Shown: positions 60,288 through 64,000 of the stretch, piece after piece | How positions within the stretch are numbered: the stretch's first letter is position 1 | How the letters are laid out: each line of letters begins with the position of its first letter | Source: an uncultured Filomicrobium sp. | GTDB lineage: Bacteria > Pseudomonadota > Alphaproteobacteria > Rhizobiales > Hyphomicrobiaceae | Direction of reading: 5' to 3' | DNA length: 64,000 nucleotides | NCBI GenBank assembly: GCA_964449195.1 | Contig: CAYUYL010000001.1 | Location: 289 to 64,288 of the forward strand | Position numbers and translations under genes: made by a program | Notes under the pieces: model-generated | Databases searched by the model: none | What the model saw: the letters and a program-made list of their open reading frames with translations, nothing else | Told to the model about the DNA's origin: nothing

Positions 60288-60590
60288 ATGCTCGAAAAAG
60301 CCTTTGCAACGTGGGCACCGCAAGCCGACGGACCGCAAGATGACAAAGACACAGCCAGTCATAACGCGCACAATATGAAGCCTGAAGTGCCGGATACAGG
60401 TAAAGACAAAGCAGCCAACGAGCACGATATGAGCGAACAGCCCTCAGACGACATTGCTAAAACTACTGCCGCTCCCTTCCCTGACAAAGAAGAGGAAGTG
60501 CATCAGGATAAAATGTCCGAAGTTAACCAGCTGAAAGTCGAACTTGCTGCGATGCAGGCAAAAATCAAAAAAATTTCAAGGCTGAGTTAG
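60288..60590 (+). CDS. hypothetical acidic protein with a C-terminal coiled-coil heptad stretch
   Basis: The frame is open from 60030, and the start is undetermined (GTG 60234 or ATG 60288). It is Asp/Glu/Lys-rich and ends EVNQLKVELAAMQAKIKKISRLS. No domain was recognised. Confidence 0.35.
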   Translation: MLEKAFATWAPQADGPQDDKDTASHNAHNMKPEVPDTGKDKAANEHDMSEQPSDDIAKTTAAPFPDKEEEVHQDKMSEVNQLKVELAAMQAKIKKISRLS

Positions 60591-60694
60591 GGCCTGTTGA
60601 ATTCTCCACCGGCCCCTGTTGCCGCTCCCGATGCCCGAATAAGATAACCTTCATTTTGAAGGCGCCATTTTCTCGTCAGGAAAACGCAAAAAGC

Positions 60695-60717
60695 GCTGCC
60701 TAAATCACTTAGACAGC
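60695..60717 (-). terminator. rho-independent terminator of the rpmF-proximal membrane-protein gene
   Basis: GCTGCCTAA / TTAGACAGC stem (one mismatch) with loop ATCAC. On the minus strand it is followed by GCTTTTTGCGTTTTCC. It lies 36 nt after the stop at 60753. Confidence 0.55.
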
Positions 60718-60752
60718 ACTTCTTGCAAAACCCCAAAATTTACAGGTCTTTC

Positions 60753-61172
60753 CTAGCCTTCAATAGTAAGATCGCGGCGGGCAACCCTGATGCCAATCGT
60801 ATAGCCGGCAATCACATCGATCAGAGTTGCGATCACGATAAAGAAAAATACAGATGTCTGTGCTTGACGTACCATAAGAAATTCAATGAGGCAGACCACA
60901 AACACAGCCATCGACAACCCGTGATCGATGAGTGATGTGCTGGATGTATAGGTTGCTTTAAGCAATTCAAAGAAAAGAAGTACAAGCAGGGCAAGAGTGA
61001 TAAGATCACCCGTCGTTAAGATCCATGTGTGACCGTTAAGCATTGGCAGTGGAAGCAGGTGATAATCAAGCACCTTAAGTGCATCATCAGGATTACTTCC
61101 AGCACCAATCAAGACAACAGCGTTGTACATTAAGAATACAAAAAACAGCAACGGTATAGCACGGATTGACAT
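60753..61172 (-). CDS. hypothetical integral membrane protein (4 TM)
   Basis: 139 aa with four hydrophobic helices. No motif recognised. It lies downstream of rpmF on the same strand. Confidence 0.65.
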   Translation of the reverse strand: MSIRAIPLLFFVFLMYNAVVLIGAGSNPDDALKVLDYHLLPLPMLNGHTWILTTGDLITLALLVLLFFELLKATYTSSTSLIDHGLSMAVFVVCLIEFLMVRQAQTSVFFFIVIATLIDVIAGYTIGIRVARRDLTIEG

Positions 61173-61260
61173 GTCCCACCTCTGATTCCAAAACGTTAAG
61201 CCTACCTATAGAACAGGATTATGGCAGTCATTCAAACCAAACGCTGCATAGCTCAAAAAG

Positions 61261-61446
61261 TTATGCATCGTCTTTTGGCTCGAGAATTTGACGCCCCCGA
61301 TACATACCGGTTTTTAAATCCAGGTGATGCGGACGCCGCAGCTCACCGCTTTCCTTATCTTCAACGTAGGTTGGTTTTTGGAGCGCATCAGCGGACCGGC
61401 GGAAGCCGCGCTTCATAGGGCTAACTTTTCGTTTTGGAACAGCCAT
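61261..61446 (-). CDS. rpmF: 50S ribosomal protein L32
   Basis: [22 protein letters not shown], the canonical L32 N-terminus. 61 aa. Confidence 0.95.
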   Translation of the reverse strand: MAVPKRKVSPMKRGFRRSADALQKPTYVEDKESGELRRPHHLDLKTGMYRGRQILEPKDDA

Positions 61447-61726
61447 AGAAATAACTTTCTCGCAAAATACTAAAGCTCGGAACGCCAGAAAAGGCTGCTC
61501 TCACGAGCGTGTGTACGATCCATTAAAGGGATTGATTTTGACGATCTGCAACACGCAGAAGATTATCCCGCGTGCCTTCACATAGGTCTTTTATAGCTAT
61601 ATAGCGGTATTTCATCGCCTTGGCTAGTCTTCAGTGTCGTATAACATACCACCAGCATAAAGTCGGTGTGTTTCATGCATCCCGCCAATGATTGCTGGCA
61701 AGACCTGTTAAAACTCATCCTTTTAG

Positions 61727-62704
61727 TTACTGAGATAGATGTACGGCACCTGGCTGATGGCGCAGCATCACACCGGCGATGCCGTGATGCGAGGCCAATG
61801 TCGTCGTTAAACGGCCTCCAGGCGGCTTTTCACCTCTCCACCAGCTGGAAAACTGCCGCCATAGATCTGTCACCAGAAGCCATCCATAAGGTTCATGCGA
61901 CAGCGGTACATCATAAGGCGCATAACTGAATTTATACTCCAGAAAAACTGAAGCGCGGCCGAGTTGAATTTCCAGACCGGCAAGCCCCTGACCAACAAAA
62001 CCCGCATACTGATATTCGTATGTTCGTGCATTCTTCTTGTGAATACCCACTTCAGTATGGGGTAAGGAAATCCCTGCACCAGCACCAAAATAAGGGCGAA
62101 AACGGCTCCATATGGGCGCCAGGCGGGCTAGTCCATTCAGGGTAAGCATATTGTGGCCATGACTGAATTCAAGATGCCGGAAAACATCGCCGATGCGCTG
62201 CTTCTCTTCCAGCTTTTCACCGTCCAGCTTACCAGAAAATGTTGCGATATCTTCGCGTTTGGCGATTGCTTTGGCATGTGTAAAATCCAGCATCGTGCCG
62301 AATTGCCCCGCATTTTGCCAGCGCTGAATACGTACGCCATAATAAACTGGCGCTTTGAACGGCCTGCCGATCCAAGTGAAATCCTTAACGGTCATATCCG
62401 TGCGGCCGGGATTTTTGATTTCAACATCTGATGGGTGCGTATAAGAGACACCACCATAACCACCAAAGGCCCATTCAGAAGCGGTTTGAGCCGGCAATTT
62501 CACACCTGTTTTTTGCGCCGCATCATGACTGCCAGCCTGCTCATTGATATTCTCTGACAAGACAAAAGCGGGGATCACACTCGCAATGCCCATGATGGCA
62601 AGCGCCACAATACCAATGCAGGCGTTAATCTTGCTATACTGCAGCCCTGAAGTTTGACGCCCCCAATAAAGCGTTTGCACTACACCGGCAACATTGCTTG
62701 TCAT
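61727..62704 (-). CDS. outer-membrane beta-barrel protein (LpxQ/PagL-like; assignment tentative)
   Basis: The likely start is MTSNVAG at 62704 after AAGGAAG. It has one N-terminal hydrophobic segment, alternating beta-strand pattern, PVYYGVRIQRW, and a C-terminal aromatic-rich strand. Confidence 0.6.
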   Translation of the reverse strand: MTSNVAGVVQTLYWGRQTSGLQYSKINACIGIVALAIMGIASVIPAFVLSENINEQAGSHDAAQKTGVKLPAQTASEWAFGGYGGVSYTHPSDVEIKNPGRTDMTVKDFTWIGRPFKAPVYYGVRIQRWQNAGQFGTMLDFTHAKAIAKREDIATFSGKLDGEKLEEKQRIGDVFRHLEFSHGHNMLTLNGLARLAPIWSRFRPYFGAGAGISLPHTEVGIHKKNARTYEYQYAGFVGQGLAGLEIQLGRASVFLEYKFSYAPYDVPLSHEPYGWLLVTDLWRQFSSWWRGEKPPGGRLTTTLASHHGIAGVMLRHQPGAVHLSQ

Positions 62705-62864
62705 GCCTTTAGCTTCCTTTTCAGGCCACGCCGCCCAAGGCGACGTATAGCCAAACAGACGTAATGCAGATTGATCTTGCTGCACAAAATTTAACCGGCA
62801 AAAAGCCACAAGCGAACCGCTCCCAGCGTCGCAGGCGCATAATGCAATAAGTTGTAGAATGTCA

Positions 62865-64000
62865 TCACGGTGTTCGCAGACGCACCGTAACCTGATCGGC
62901 ACGACCGCGGCCGTCGACCACAGAAAGCTTCACGAAGCCCGATTCAGCCTGACGCCAGACAAACTGGCGCTGACGTACCGTGCGTCCAATCGGATGACCA
63001 TTGGCATACCATGACAAGGGCAGCACACCACCGCTCACCTTAAAAACGATAGGCATATCGCCATCAGTCAGCTCAACAACCGAACGATCCAGGGGAAACG
63101 CAATACGAACCGGACGTTCAAGATACCCCCTCGCCGCGAATGTCTCACGCTCCCGTTCAAACCGTTTCAAAGGTTCTGGCAGTTTGGCTCCGGATGTTTT
63201 CAAGGCCTCTTGTGGCATAGATCCGAGCGGCACGCGCCGTTCGGAAATCCGCTGAAAGGTATCAAAAAGTATTGGTGCCGCAGCGGTCCGCCCGGTCAAG
63301 CCGGGTGTCGCTGCAGCGTCAGGCCGGCCAACCCACACAACGACGGTGTGACGGCCATCATACCCGGCAGCCCAGGCATCGCGGTACCCATAGGACGTCC
63401 CGGTTTTATAAGCGATTTGGCCACGTTTTGCATGATCAGGCCCTGGCGCGTCCTTCAGGATTGACGTCACGTAAGCACTGGCAACCTTGCTCAAGAGCTG
63501 TCTGCGTGAATCTTTCCCAAGCAGCATATGGGACTTTTGCATCATAAGGCTCTTAATGACGACAGGCGCTCCCCCGCGGGCCAGAGCAGCATAGAGATAC
63601 GCTATATTCTGCAAAGAAATGCCAAGCCCGCCCAACGCAACGGCCAGCGAAGGCTCAGCCTCCTGCGGCAAAGCAACGGCAACACCTGCCTGCTGCAAAC
63701 GCGCAATCATGCGGCCCGGCCCAACAGCATCGAGCACCTTGACCGCAGGCACATTCAGGGATTTCTGCAGCGACTCACGAATACTGATCGTGCCGCGGTA
63801 AATCTCATCGAAATTTTGAGGGCTATAAGTTCCAAACCGTACCGGACGATCATCAATCAAGGTTTCCGGATGGATAATGCCAAATTCAAACCCGAGACCG
63901 TAGACGACAGGCTTCAAGGCCGACCCCGGAGACCGCACGACACGTGTCATATCAATGGCACCGGAGCGCTTGGTATCAAAATAACCTGCTGATCCCACCT
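62865..64000 (-). CDS. pbpC: penicillin-binding protein 1C, C-terminal part (gene runs off the right edge)
   Basis: Transpeptidase motifs RSPGSALKP (SxxK) and KTGTSYGYRDAW (KTG), followed by the PBP1C-specific C-terminal beta domain. Confidence 0.88.
   Translation of the reverse strand, partial: VGSAGYFDTKRSGAIDMTRVVRSPGSALKPVVYGLGFEFGIIHPETLIDDRPVRFGTYSPQNFDEIYRGTISIRESLQKSLNVPAVKVLDAVGPGRMIARLQQAGVAVALPQEAEPSLAVALGGLGISLQNIAYLYAALARGGAPVVIKSLMMQKSHMLLGKDSRRQLLSKVASAYVTSILKDAPGPDHAKRGQIAYKTGTSYGYRDAWAAGYDGRHTVVVWVGRPDAAATPGLTGRTAAAPILFDTFQRISERRVPLGSMPQEALKTSGAKLPEPLKRFERERETFAARGYLERPVRIAFPLDRSVVELTDGDMPIVFKVSGGVLPLSWYANGHPIGRTVRQRQFVWRQAESGFVKLSVVDGRGRADQVTVRLRTP

Noticed and set aside
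1-64000. CRISPR arrays, tRNA/rRNA genes, IS elements and tandem repeats at window scale
   Set aside because: Reading both strands, I found no regularly spaced direct repeats, no tRNA-like GGTTCGA(A/T)TCC T-arm contexts, no rRNA-like segments and no transposase or integrase ORFs. A tRNAscan/Infernal/ISfinder run would confirm.

Overview
This is a chromosomal segment that looks alphaproteobacterial. Supporting markers are a class I LysRS, a DUF1013/TrcR protein, a HIG1-type twin-TM protein, a PAS_5 protein, the PBP1C neighbourhood and gltBD. It is densely coding, about 58 CDS on both strands, and mostly housekeeping. I found no rRNA, tRNA, CRISPR array, integrase, transposase or prophage gene by eye. 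Recognisable modules are: (i) a ureide/hydantoin catabolic and uptake cluster (PuuE allantoinase, ureidoglycine-aminohydrolase-like bicupin, GNAT, hydantoin/allantoin racemase, 4-gene ABC importer); (ii) gltB-gltD; (iii) ctpA with an envC-like M23 activator; (iv) an OmpR-family two-component pair. The most unusual content is a divergent cluster at about 10.3-14.6 kb. It holds an oversized Ddl-like ATP-grasp ligase, an alpha/beta hydrolase, a MurF-like Mur ligase whose nucleotide-binding N-domain is replaced by a polytopic membrane domain, and an ICMT-like methyltransferase. It lies outside any dcw context and is a candidate uncharacterised peptide-ligation/envelope-modification system. Other items worth a second look: a PPDK gene lacking its whole C-terminal PEP/pyruvate domain; an LMW phosphatase with a single in-frame TAG; a secreted His/Arg/Cys-rich mini-protein; an orphan plus-strand terminator with C-rich motifs between two minus-strand genes (sRNA candidate); an AT-richer orphan gene beside an SRAP gene; and several intergenic palindromes. 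All functional calls rest on motif recognition in the supplied translations. No database search was run.
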